From an uncultured virus (IMG/VR IMGVR_UViG_3300008262_000056) (Duplodnaviria; Heunggongvirae; Uroviricota; Caudoviricetes), in the IMG/VR virus record IMGVR_UViG_3300008262_000056: 57,720 nucleotides of DNA. One strand, given 5' to 3'. The notes beneath the pieces are model-generated. The model was not told the DNA's origin. It saw nothing but the letters and a program-made list of their open reading frames with translations, and searched no databases. The first letter of the stretch is position 1; the number at the start of each line of letters is the position of its first letter. The translations under genes were made by a program, and so were the position numbers. Of this stretch, positions 1-10,100 are shown in pieces.

Positions 1-1296
1 ATATGGCGACAGGTAAAAATCGAGAATAATTATTTTGAGAACAAGTACTTCAAAATCATCATTCAAATGATTAGAGAGTATTACACGAAATATGACCACA
101 CACCGTCGTTTGATACGTTAGAACAAATCACAAAATCTGAATTACAACAAGAAATTGCATCCAAGATTGTTATGGATACAATCAAGAAAATTAAAGATGC
201 ACCTATCGATGGCGTAGCTTTTGTACAAGAAAAAGCGTTGAAGTTCTGTAAACAACAAGAACTACAAAAGGTAATGGGTAAGGCTCAAAAGATCATTGAT
301 GGTGGTGAGTTTGAGAGTTACGACACACTTGAAGAAATGGTTAAAACGGCTCTTCAGGTTGGTGCAAAAGACACTACTATGTTAGATGTGTTTTCCAACC
401 TTGATCAAGTTCTTGAGGATGATTACAGACACCCAATCCCAATGGGAATACCTGGAATCGATAGATTATTAAAAGGAGGTTTGGCAAAAGGGGAAATTGG
501 TGTTATCTTAGCACCTACAGGTGTCGGTAAGTCAACTATATTAACCAAAATGGCTAATCACGCTTTTAACTTAGGATTTAATGTACTTCAGATCTTTTTT
601 GAGGACAACCCAAAGGTTATCCAAAGAAAGCATTTCACATTATGGACGAAAGTTCATCCTGACGATTTGTCAGAGAAAAAAGATGAGGTTATGAAGAGAG
701 TTAGGGAAATTGAGGAATCAATGCCAAATAAATTGATAATGAAAAAGTTACCATCTGATACTATGACGATGTTACAAATTAAAAATCAAATTAGAAAAAT
801 GGTATCTGATGGGATCAAAGTAGATATGATTGTTTTAGATTATATCGATTGTATTGTTCCTGACAAAAATTTAGGTGATGAATGGAAGAGTGAAGGGTCA
901 GTGATGAGAGCATTTGAAGCAATGTGTCACGAAATGAATATTGTGGGTTGGACAGCAACTCAAGGTAACAGATCTTCAATATCTTCCGAAGTTGTTACAA
1001 CAGATCAAATGGGTGGATCAATTAAAAAGGCTCAAGTTGGTCACGTTATTATATCAGTTGCAAAGACATTACAACAAAAAGAAATGAAACTAGCAACAAT
1101 TGCAATCACAAAATCACGTATTGGTGATGATGGTGTTGTATTTGAAAACTGTAAGTTTGATAACGCAATGATTGATATAGATACTGAAAGCTCAATGACG
1201 TTCTTAGGTCTTGAAGAACAAAAAGAAGAAAGACAAAGACAAAGAGTTAAGGAACTCTTAGAAAAGAGAAAACAAAGAGAAACACAATCAAATTAA
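1..1296 (+). CDS. Replicative DnaB/gp41-like SF4 helicase (5' end incomplete or disrupted; frame open from base 1, first ATG at 67)
   Basis: Walker A APTGVGKS, Walker B IVLDYID, ATQGNR motif and KSRIG arginine finger. Confidence 0.9.
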   Translation: MWRQVKIENNYFENKYFKIIIQMIREYYTKYDHTPSFDTLEQITKSELQQEIASKIVMDTIKKIKDAPIDGVAFVQEKALKFCKQQELQKVMGKAQKIIDGGEFESYDTLEEMVKTALQVGAKDTTMLDVFSNLDQVLEDDYRHPIPMGIPGIDRLLKGGLAKGEIGVILAPTGVGKSTILTKMANHAFNLGFNVLQIFFEDNPKVIQRKHFTLWTKVHPDDLSEKKDEVMKRVREIEESMPNKLIMKKLPSDTMTMLQIKNQIRKMVSDGIKVDMIVLDYIDCIVPDKNLGDEWKSEGSVMRAFEAMCHEMNIVGWTATQGNRSSISSEVVTTDQMGGSIKKAQVGHVIISVAKTLQQKEMKLATIAITKSRIGDDGVVFENCKFDNAMIDIDTESSMTFLGLEEQKEERQRQRVKELLEKRKQRETQSN

Positions 1297-1318
1297 CAAA
1301 ATAAGTAAATTTATAAAA

Positions 1319-2266
1319 ATGGAAAAAATACTAGTAGAAAATCCTGGTCGGTTTGTCATCTTCCCTATCGAACACAATGATATATGGGAATTTTACAAAC
1401 AACACCAAGCAGCGTTTTGGACGGCAGAAGAGGTGGATTTAACTAATGACATCAGAGATTGGGAAAATTTAACAGACAATGAAAAATACTTTATCAAAAA
1501 CGTATTGTCATTTTTCGCGGCTTCTGACGGTATTGTAAACGAAAACTTGGCGGAAAATTTTTACCGAGAAGTGCAATATCCCGAAGCTAAATTCTTTTAC
1601 GGATTCCAATTGGCGATGGAGAACATTCACTCATTAATGTATTCGTTGTTGATCGATACGTACATTAATAACCCAAAGGAGAAAGATGAATGTTTCAATG
1701 CAATTGATAGACTACCCGCGGTTCAGAAGAAAGCCAAATGGGCTTTGGAATGGATTGAAAAGGCATCTTTTGCAGAAAGATTAGTTGCGTTTGCTGCTGT
1801 CGAAGGTATCTTTTTCTCAGGTTCATTCTGTTCTATTTTTTGGATGAAATCAAGAGGGATTATGCAAGGTTTGTGTAACGCTAACTCATTAATCTTTAAA
1901 GATGAAAATTTACATTGTGATTTTGCAATTCACTTATTAAATAACCATTTAGAAAATAAACCTTCCGAAAAAAGAATTAAAGAGATTTTACTTTCGGCAT
2001 TAGAAATTGAAAAGGAATTCATAACAGAATCACTTCCTGTTTCTTTAATTGGAATGAACTCAAACTTAATGAAACAATATCTTGAATTTGTAGTTGATGG
2101 ATTACTCGTTAAGATGGGATGTAGTAAAGAATTCAACGTAGAACAACCGTTTAAGTTTATGGAGCAAATTGCTGTTGAAACTAAAGGTAACTTCTTTGAA
2201 TCAAGAACTATGGAGTATCAGAAGGCAAAACTGAATGAAACCATAACATTTACAGACGACTTTTAA
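1319..2266 (+). CDS. nrdB: Ribonucleotide reductase class Ia beta subunit
   Basis: [40 protein letters not shown] and DENLH di-iron/tyrosyl-radical motifs. Confidence 0.97.
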   Translation: MEKILVENPGRFVIFPIEHNDIWEFYKQHQAAFWTAEEVDLTNDIRDWENLTDNEKYFIKNVLSFFAASDGIVNENLAENFYREVQYPEAKFFYGFQLAMENIHSLMYSLLIDTYINNPKEKDECFNAIDRLPAVQKKAKWALEWIEKASFAERLVAFAAVEGIFFSGSFCSIFWMKSRGIMQGLCNANSLIFKDENLHCDFAIHLLNNHLENKPSEKRIKEILLSALEIEKEFITESLPVSLIGMNSNLMKQYLEFVVDGLLVKMGCSKEFNVEQPFKFMEQIAVETKGNFFESRTMEYQKAKLNETITFTDDF

Positions 2267-2276
2267 TTTTTGGAAT

Positions 2277-4706
2277 ATGTCATTAAAAATAAATAAAAGA
2301 GGAGGAGACAGTGTATCATTTAATCCTCAAAAAATTTACAACAGAGTTAAGAGAGCATCAAAAGGCTTGAATGTTAACTCTGATGAAATTTTCATTAAAG
2401 TAATTACTTCTGTACCAACGGAAGGTGAGGTAACTACAAAAGAACTTGATAAATTAGTTTATGAGATTGCAGCTTCATACACAGGTAGTCACCATGATTA
2501 CTCAAGATTGGCTGCGAGTGTTGCGATTTCTTCATACCACAAAGAAACTAATGAAAGTTTTTCACAAACAATGATGCAACTTTATGAAGATGGAATTATC
2601 AATGAAAAATTGATTGAAACTATTAAAGAATATGGTGAAGATACTATTGATGCGGCTATTAATCATGAAAATGATTATAACTTCGATTACTTTGCTTGGA
2701 GATCATTACAAGAAATGTATTTGTTGAAAAGACCAAATGGTAAAGTAGTTGAAAGACCACAACATATGTATATGAGAGTTGCTCTTTGGGTTACTACCAA
2801 TATGTCTGACGCATTTGAGTACTACAAATCATTATCAAATCAGTTGATTTCAAAGGCAACACCAATAATGATTAATGCTGGAACAAAAGTTCCACAATTA
2901 GCATCATGTGTACTTCACTATAACAACTCCGACTCAAGAAAAGGTTTATTAGATACATTAACAGATATTTCAACTTTCTCCTCTGATGCTGCTGGTATTG
3001 GATTATCTATGTCTAACATTAGAAGTAAAGAAAGTAGAATCTCAAGTTCAGGTGGATATGCTGGAGGTCTTTTAAAATATTTAAAAATTGTTAATGAATC
3101 ACTTAGATTCTTTAACCAACAAGGTCGTAGACCTGGTAGTGCCGCTATCTATCTTGAACCTTGGCACAAAGACATCTTTGATCTTTTAGACATCAAGAAG
3201 AACACAGGTGCGGAAGAATTGAGAGCTCGTGATTTGTTTACCGCACTTTGGATTCCTGATAACTTCATGAGAGCGGTTAGAAATAACACTAGTTGGTATT
3301 TGTTCTGTCCTAATGATATCACTAAGGCTGGTTTAAAACCTTTACAAGAATGTTTTGGTGATGAATATGAAGAGGTGTATGAAAAGGCAGTATCAATGGG
3401 GTTAGGTAAAAAAGTAAAAGCTCAGGACATTTGGAGTAAAGTTGTTGAATCTCAAATCGAAACAGGAGTTCCTTATTTATGTTCTAAAGATAATGCTAAT
3501 AGAAAAACTAACCACCAAAATATTGGGGTCATTAAACAATCTAATTTGTGTAATGAAATATATCAATATACTGATGAAGAAACTACAGCGATTTGTACAC
3601 TTTCATCGATGGTTTTAAAGAATTTTATTCAAGGGGGTAAATTTGATTTTGAACTTTTATTTAATGAGGTTAGAAAAGTTGTTAGATCACTTAATAAGGT
3701 AGTTGATATCAACAACTACTCAACTGAAAAAGGTAGAAAAGGTGGTTTGGAACAAAGAGCAATTGCAATTGGTACACAAGGTTTGGCTGATGTATTTTAT
3801 TTAATGGATTATATCTTCACATCTAATGAAGCTAAGAAATTGAACAAGGACATTTTTGAAACAATCTATTATGCGGCAATCTATGAAAGTAATCAGTTGT
3901 GCATGAACGGTAAGTATAAACCTTATTCATTCTTCAACGGATCACCAATGTCTCAAGGAGTATTCCAATTTGATATGTGGGGATTAGACGAAACTCAACT
4001 TTCAGGAATGTGGGATTGGAACAAACTCAAGAATAGTGTTTCACAATATGGGGTTTGTAATTCATTATTCACGGCTCAAATGCCCGTGGCATCTTCAGCT
4101 AAAATTACAGGTTCATATGAAATGACAGAACCAGCACACTCTGCAATCTTTAATAGACGAGTTGTTGGTGGTGAAATCATGATAGTTAACAAATATCTAA
4201 TCAACGACTTTGAAAAGATAGGTATTTGGTGTGAAGATTTAAAAAATGAAATCATTATAAATGAAGGATCAATTCAAAATATTAACTTTAATAACTATTT
4301 GGATTCTGAAGATAAAAACTACAATAAGAAAGTTAAACGAATTGAACATTTAATTCCTAAGTATAAAACTATTTGGGAGATCTCACAAAGAGAACTTATT
4401 GATATGGCTGCAGATAGAGCTCCATTTATTGATCAATCACAGTCAATGAACATCTATATGGCAAACCCAACCCTATCTAAGATTACATCATCACATTTCC
4501 ACTCTTGGGAAAAAGGATTAAAAACTTTATGTTATTATGTAAGAACTAAGGCAATATCAACAGGAGCTAAACATTTGGCGTTAGATATGTCTAAACGTGA
4601 AAAACCTAAAGTAACTCCTGAACCACCAAAAGTTGACTATTCTCACCTAAACTTACCACCAAGACCTGAGAATTCTGATTTTGAATGTTTTGGATGTTCA
4701 TCCTAA
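2277..4706 (+). CDS. nrdA: Ribonucleotide reductase class Ia alpha subunit with N-terminal ATP cone
   Basis: ATP-cone-like start, QLASC, SNLCNEI catalytic motif, AICTL, YYVRT tyrosine pair, C-terminal CFGC. Confidence 0.97.
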   Translation: MSLKINKRGGDSVSFNPQKIYNRVKRASKGLNVNSDEIFIKVITSVPTEGEVTTKELDKLVYEIAASYTGSHHDYSRLAASVAISSYHKETNESFSQTMMQLYEDGIINEKLIETIKEYGEDTIDAAINHENDYNFDYFAWRSLQEMYLLKRPNGKVVERPQHMYMRVALWVTTNMSDAFEYYKSLSNQLISKATPIMINAGTKVPQLASCVLHYNNSDSRKGLLDTLTDISTFSSDAAGIGLSMSNIRSKESRISSSGGYAGGLLKYLKIVNESLRFFNQQGRRPGSAAIYLEPWHKDIFDLLDIKKNTGAEELRARDLFTALWIPDNFMRAVRNNTSWYLFCPNDITKAGLKPLQECFGDEYEEVYEKAVSMGLGKKVKAQDIWSKVVESQIETGVPYLCSKDNANRKTNHQNIGVIKQSNLCNEIYQYTDEETTAICTLSSMVLKNFIQGGKFDFELLFNEVRKVVRSLNKVVDINNYSTEKGRKGGLEQRAIAIGTQGLADVFYLMDYIFTSNEAKKLNKDIFETIYYAAIYESNQLCMNGKYKPYSFFNGSPMSQGVFQFDMWGLDETQLSGMWDWNKLKNSVSQYGVCNSLFTAQMPVASSAKITGSYEMTEPAHSAIFNRRVVGGEIMIVNKYLINDFEKIGIWCEDLKNEIIINEGSIQNINFNNYLDSEDKNYNKKVKRIEHLIPKYKTIWEISQRELIDMAADRAPFIDQSQSMNIYMANPTLSKITSSHFHSWEKGLKTLCYYVRTKAISTGAKHLALDMSKREKPKVTPEPPKVDYSHLNLPPRPENSDFECFGCSS

Positions 4707-4713
4707 AATTAAG

Positions 4714-4743
4714 AATCACTACTTCGGTAGTGATTTTTTTTTT
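4714..4743 (+). terminator. Intrinsic terminator after nrdA
   Basis: AATCACTAC-TTCG-GTAGTGATT 9-bp stem with cUUCGg loop followed by a T run. Confidence 0.9.
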
Positions 4744-4764
4744 ACTTAAAAATTCTATAACTTA

Positions 4765-4771
4765 TATTTAT
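4765..4771 (+). promoter_or_regulatory. Putative late promoter motif TATTTAT (first of about 15 copies)
   Basis: 7 nt before the ATG of the first structural gene and right after a terminator; the same motif recurs before many structural genes. Confidence 0.65.
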
Positions 4772-4778
4772 ATGTGAT

Positions 4779-5237
4779 ATGGCAAATGGTATTACATACG
4801 GTATAGGGTTTCCCTTCGTTGATTCGTTTACAGGTAGATATTTGGATGTTACTGAAACTACCGAAGCTGAAATTAGAGGTAATCTAGTTCACTTACTTTT
4901 AACAAGAAAAGGAAGTAGATATTTTTTACCTGATTTTGGGACAAGATTATATGAATATATATTCGAACCACTTGATGGTCCTACGTTTTCAGATATTGAG
5001 GCGGAGATAAGGGACACCATTAGAACATTTATGCCAAACTTACAAGTTACAAATATTGTTGTTGAACCAGCATCTGCAGGACTTGAAGATAAAGGTTATA
5101 CGGTTAACCAATATGGTGAACGAGAATTTAAAGTTACAAACATTGCCAATTTAGAACACACGGCAAGAATCAAAATTGATTATAAAATCACTGATTCGGC
5201 ATTTGAATCACAAGATTTTGTTATATTAAATATTTAA
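4779..5237 (+). CDS. Baseplate wedge/sheath initiator, T4 gp25-like
   Basis: IRGNLVHLLLTRKGSRYFLPDFGTRLYEYIFEP matches the gp25/GPW signature. Confidence 0.9.
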   Translation: MANGITYGIGFPFVDSFTGRYLDVTETTEAEIRGNLVHLLLTRKGSRYFLPDFGTRLYEYIFEPLDGPTFSDIEAEIRDTIRTFMPNLQVTNIVVEPASAGLEDKGYTVNQYGEREFKVTNIANLEHTARIKIDYKITDSAFESQDFVILNI

Positions 5238-5243
5238 TGATAT

Positions 5244-7085
5244 ATGGCTGAAAAAAAGATATCCTATACGGTCCGAGATTTTCAAGGAGTAAGATCTGAG
5301 TTAATAAATTTCACAAGAACTTACTATCCTGATTTAGTTCAGAACTTTAATGATGCTGGGATTTTTTCAGTTATGTTGGATCTTAACGCCGCGGTAACTG
5401 ATAACTTGAATTATCAAATTGATAGAAGTATCCAAGAAACTGTATTACAATTTGCACAACAAAAGAATTCGGTTTATAATATTGCAAGAACTTATGGTCT
5501 TAAAGTACCTGGTCAAAGACCATCGGTTGCTTTAGTTGATTTCTCAATAACAGTTCCTGCTTTTGGTGATAGAGAAGACATAAGATATTGTGGAATCTTA
5601 AGAAGAGGATCTTTAGTTAATGGTGCTGGACAACCTTTTGAAACTGTCTATGACATTGATTTTGCATCACCAATTAATGCTGAAGGATCACCAAACAGAT
5701 TAAAAATACCAAATTTTGATTCAAGTGGTAAATTGATAAATTACACCATTGTTAAAAGAGAAGTTGTTGTAAATGGAGTTACAAAAGTGTTCAAAAGAAC
5801 AATTACCGCAAATGATGTAAAACCATATTTAGAGTTATTTCTCCCTGAAAAAAATATATTAGGAATTACAAGTGTGTTGTTGAAACCAGGAACACAATAT
5901 TCAACAGTACCAAATCCGCAAGATTTTTTAAGTTTGGGGCCTGAAAGATGGTTTGAGGTTGATGCATTAGTTCAAGATAGAGTTTTTGTTGAAGACCCAA
6001 CTAAAGTTTCAGATCAACCAGGTATTAAAGTTGGAAGATACATCACAACCTCTAATAAATTTATTTCTGAATACACACCACAAGGTTTCTGTAAAATGAC
6101 TTTTGGTGGTGGTAACATTTCGGCCGAAGAACAACTAAGAGAATTCGCTAGAGATGGTAAAGGATTTGATTTAAGTAGATATACTAACAATTACGCTATG
6201 GGTGCGGCTTTAACACCAAATACAACACTATTCGTTCAATACAGAATTGGGGGTGGATTAGCTAGTAATGTAGGTCTAAATACAATCAATCAAATTGGTA
6301 CAGTTTCATTCGCAGTTAATGGACCTTCTGATTCTGTAAATAGAAGTGTTATTAATAGTCTTCAGTGTAATAACGTAACTGCCGCAATTGGTGGTGCTAA
6401 TTTACCAACAACAGAAGATGTTAGAAATATGGTTTCATTTAACTTCGCAGCTCAGAACAGAGCAGTAACTGTTAATGATTATAATTCATTAATAAGAACA
6501 ATGCCGTCACAATATGGCGCACCAGCAAAAGTTGCAATCACTGAAGAAAATAATAAAATTAGAATCAAAATGTTGTCATACGACACTAATGGTAGTTTAT
6601 CTAATGTTGTTTCAAATACTTTAAAACAAAACATCGCAAATTATTTATCTAACTTCAGAATGATCAATGATTATATTTCCGTTGAAGCGGCAGAAACAAT
6701 TGATTTGGCTGTTACTGTTGATGTTGTATTAGATAATAGTCAAAACCAAGGTGCAATTATTTCAAAAACAATTGAAATTGTTAGTAACTTCTTTAATCCA
6801 TTAGTTATACAGTTAGGTCAAAATGTAAACATATCTGAACTTAGAAGACTAATACAAGCAGAAAACGGTATAGTTAGTATTTCTGACATTTCATTCTTTA
6901 ATCAAGTTGGAGGTCAATACTCTTCGGCACAAACATCTATGCCTTATTCGGATCCTGTAACAAGACAAATACAACCAACGGCAGATACTTTGTTTGCAAC
7001 TCCAACACAAATCTATCAAATTCGATTCCCAAACAAAGATATTAATGTAAGAGTATTGAACTTGAAATCCGTTAATTTCTCATAG
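5244..7085 (+). CDS. Baseplate wedge subunit, T4 gp6/baseplate J-like
   Basis: RDFQGVRSELINF start, YRIGGG and QNRAVTVNDY motifs; follows gp25-like gene. Confidence 0.85.
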   Translation: MAEKKISYTVRDFQGVRSELINFTRTYYPDLVQNFNDAGIFSVMLDLNAAVTDNLNYQIDRSIQETVLQFAQQKNSVYNIARTYGLKVPGQRPSVALVDFSITVPAFGDREDIRYCGILRRGSLVNGAGQPFETVYDIDFASPINAEGSPNRLKIPNFDSSGKLINYTIVKREVVVNGVTKVFKRTITANDVKPYLELFLPEKNILGITSVLLKPGTQYSTVPNPQDFLSLGPERWFEVDALVQDRVFVEDPTKVSDQPGIKVGRYITTSNKFISEYTPQGFCKMTFGGGNISAEEQLREFARDGKGFDLSRYTNNYAMGAALTPNTTLFVQYRIGGGLASNVGLNTINQIGTVSFAVNGPSDSVNRSVINSLQCNNVTAAIGGANLPTTEDVRNMVSFNFAAQNRAVTVNDYNSLIRTMPSQYGAPAKVAITEENNKIRIKMLSYDTNGSLSNVVSNTLKQNIANYLSNFRMINDYISVEAAETIDLAVTVDVVLDNSQNQGAIISKTIEIVSNFFNPLVIQLGQNVNISELRRLIQAENGIVSISDISFFNQVGGQYSSAQTSMPYSDPVTRQIQPTADTLFATPTQIYQIRFPNKDINVRVLNLKSVNFS

Positions 7086-7163
7086 GGATTTATTTTTTTT
7101 CAAAAGGGACTATTTTTCTATGAAAATAGGAAATAAACTATTTATGAAAAAACGATTTTTTTA

Positions 7164-10100
7164 ATGCCAAAATCATACAGAATAAGAACCGAAGTTGGTG
7201 TTGACAAGTACATCAATGTAAATTTAGAACAAGATTGGGAGTCTTTAGAAGTACTCTCACTGAAAATACTTGCAAATGATGTTTATACAAGAATGTGTGC
7301 TGATTACGGAGTTGTGGTTGGTAGAGTTTTTGTGAATAATGGTTTTGGTTTACCAAATGCAAGGGTTTCTGTTTTTATTCCCCTTGATGATGCGGATGAA
7401 CTAAATCCTGTAATTTCAGAATTATACCCATACAAAACTATCACAGATACTAATGAAGAAGGTTATAGATATAACTTACTTCCCAAGTTACCATCATACA
7501 GAGGTCACCAATCTACAGGATCATTCCCAAATGTGTCTGATGTATTAATGGATGACTCATACATTGAAGTCTACGATAAGTATTATAGATTTACTGTTAA
7601 AACTAATGAGAGTGGTGACTTTATGATTTTTGGTGTTCCTGTTGGAAACCAAACTATTGTTATGGATGTTGATCTTTCCGATATTGGATGTTTTTCATTA
7701 TCACCACAAGATTTAATTCAACAAGGATTAGCAACAGAGTCTCAAGTGAATGGATCTACATTCAAATCCTCAACAAATCTAAGAGAGTTACCACAAATTA
7801 AAAATTTAGTTTTTGACGTTGACGTATCTCCTTTTTGGGGAGATCCTGATTTATGTCAAGTTGCGATAACACGAGTTGATTTTGATTTGACAAAATTAGC
7901 AAACATTAATATACAACCGACCTCAATTTTCATGGGGTCAATTATATCTACAACAGATGATGATGCATTAAAAGTAAGTTGTAAACCAAAAAACAATACA
8001 GGAAATCTTTGTGAAATAGTTTCAGGACCTGGCGAAATTTTGGCAATTAGACACACAATCAATTCTGACGATCAAGGATTACCAATACTTGAACAATATC
8101 AAATAGAAGAGGAAGGAAAAGTTATCGATCAAGATGGAACATACCTATTGAATGTTCCTATGAATTTGGATTACGTTTTTACAAATGAATTTGGTCAACA
8201 AGTATTATCTGACGACCCATCAAAAGGTATCCCAACAAAAGGTAGATATAGATTTAAATTTAAATGGCAAAACGAACAAGGATTACAAGGGAGTTTTTTA
8301 CGAGCCAATTTTTTAGTCCCTAATGTTAAAGAATATGGATGGACAAATTATACTGTAGATCCATTAACAAATAACACACCCTCAACATACCCTTATAATT
8401 TAGGTGTTGGTGTTGTCACAGGATCTACAGTTGTTTTTGGGACGGCACAAGGATTGGCAGACCCAACAACAACCAATGTCCAATCTTATATAATATACAT
8501 AAATGGACAACCATATACAGGAACTCTAAACGCTATTGAAATAACACCAGGAGATCAACTTCAAATTGTTGCAAATCCTGTTGACCCCTCTCAACCACAA
8601 GTTATAACATTTAAACAATACCCACAAGCTCTATTTGATCTTTACAGATCATATGCCTTTAGTACCGATTGGGATGATTATGTTAACAAACAAGAAGCAA
8701 TCAATTGTGAAGATACCTTTTACGAATTCCAATACAATAAAGTCTATACAACGGCAATGTTCCTTGATAGATATAAAAACGGAATTGGAAGGGCAAAACA
8801 TTTAGGTATAAAAGAAATTGACAACAGAACTTGTAAATCAACTGTTAACACTTTTCCAGTAAATGATATAATAAGGAACTTTGATCCTATTTTTTTTGTT
8901 TTTAATGTACTTGTTAATATTTTGACATTCCCAATTTTGGTATTGTTATTTGTCGCCCACTTGATTGCGTTATTGTGGCCTGTATTGAAATACTTGTTAT
9001 TATTCCTTGGACCATATATTGTATATCAGGGTGTTTCTGCGGGAATAGATTTAGTTTATTATATTACTAGTCTTGGTGATTTTGCACCATTAGGAGGACC
9101 GGTAATTTCAATTGGTACTATTTTACAAATTATTGCTCAAGGGCTCAAAGTTATAATTCAAGTCGCAGCTGGTTTGGCGTTTACATATTTTTATACAAAA
9201 TTCTTTCTTGATAATACCCAAAATGGTAAGATAGACAATTTCCCAAGAATTGGTCTACCTATGATTGCATATCCTGACTGTACAAGTTGTGATTGTGATT
9301 GTGGAACAGCAACTTTGGATGATGACTTTGATGCAAATACTTTAGCACAAGAACAACAGGAAATTCAAAATAGTTTACAAGACCCCTCAAGCGGACTTGG
9401 GTTTGATGTAGTATTGACTCAAACAAATAGTGTAATTGCGCCTGTTAATTCTCCTGGATCATACGATGTTTCCCATCCTAATTTTGAAAACGATGATAAT
9501 GGAGACGACCCATTCCAATGTGGAAGTACGGGCGGATTCAAAAGTTTTGAGTCATTATTAGGACAAAACGATATTAGCACTGCGGTTGCTGTAAAGGCGG
9601 CCTTGGATTTCAAAAGAATAATTTCAGGTTATGATGTATTATCATCAACCGACCCAAATAAATTATATAGTAACGAACAATATTTGTTACATGCTCCTCA
9701 ACCGTTTTTATGGTCTGCAAACAAACAAGGGGCTGGTATTGCAGATGAAAGGTATTTTGCTTACCCAACAACGGCAACTTTTCCACAACAATTAAATCAA
9801 TTCAATACAAGAGATAAATATTTTTCAGGTGTTAACCAAATCAAAACAACTGTAAACCCAATTTCAGGTTCAACACCATTTTTTGATCAAGTTGTTGTTG
9901 TTTTGATGAATTCAGGAACCGCAGCGTCAATTACACCTGGTGGTATTTGTTCTTTCCAAGATCCAAACTATATGGATTCAGGTTCTCAGTTTAGAATGAG
10001 AAACCTTACGGGTGCAACACTGAATCAATTTGGTAACAATGCAATTACAGGTTTAACAACCACAGGTGTTACAACATATACTGTGAATTATGCAGACCCA

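Noticed and set aside
7110..7130. Small AT-rich inverted repeat CTATTTTTC-TAT-GAAAATAG
   Set aside because: Weak stem with no T-tract; not supportable as a terminator.
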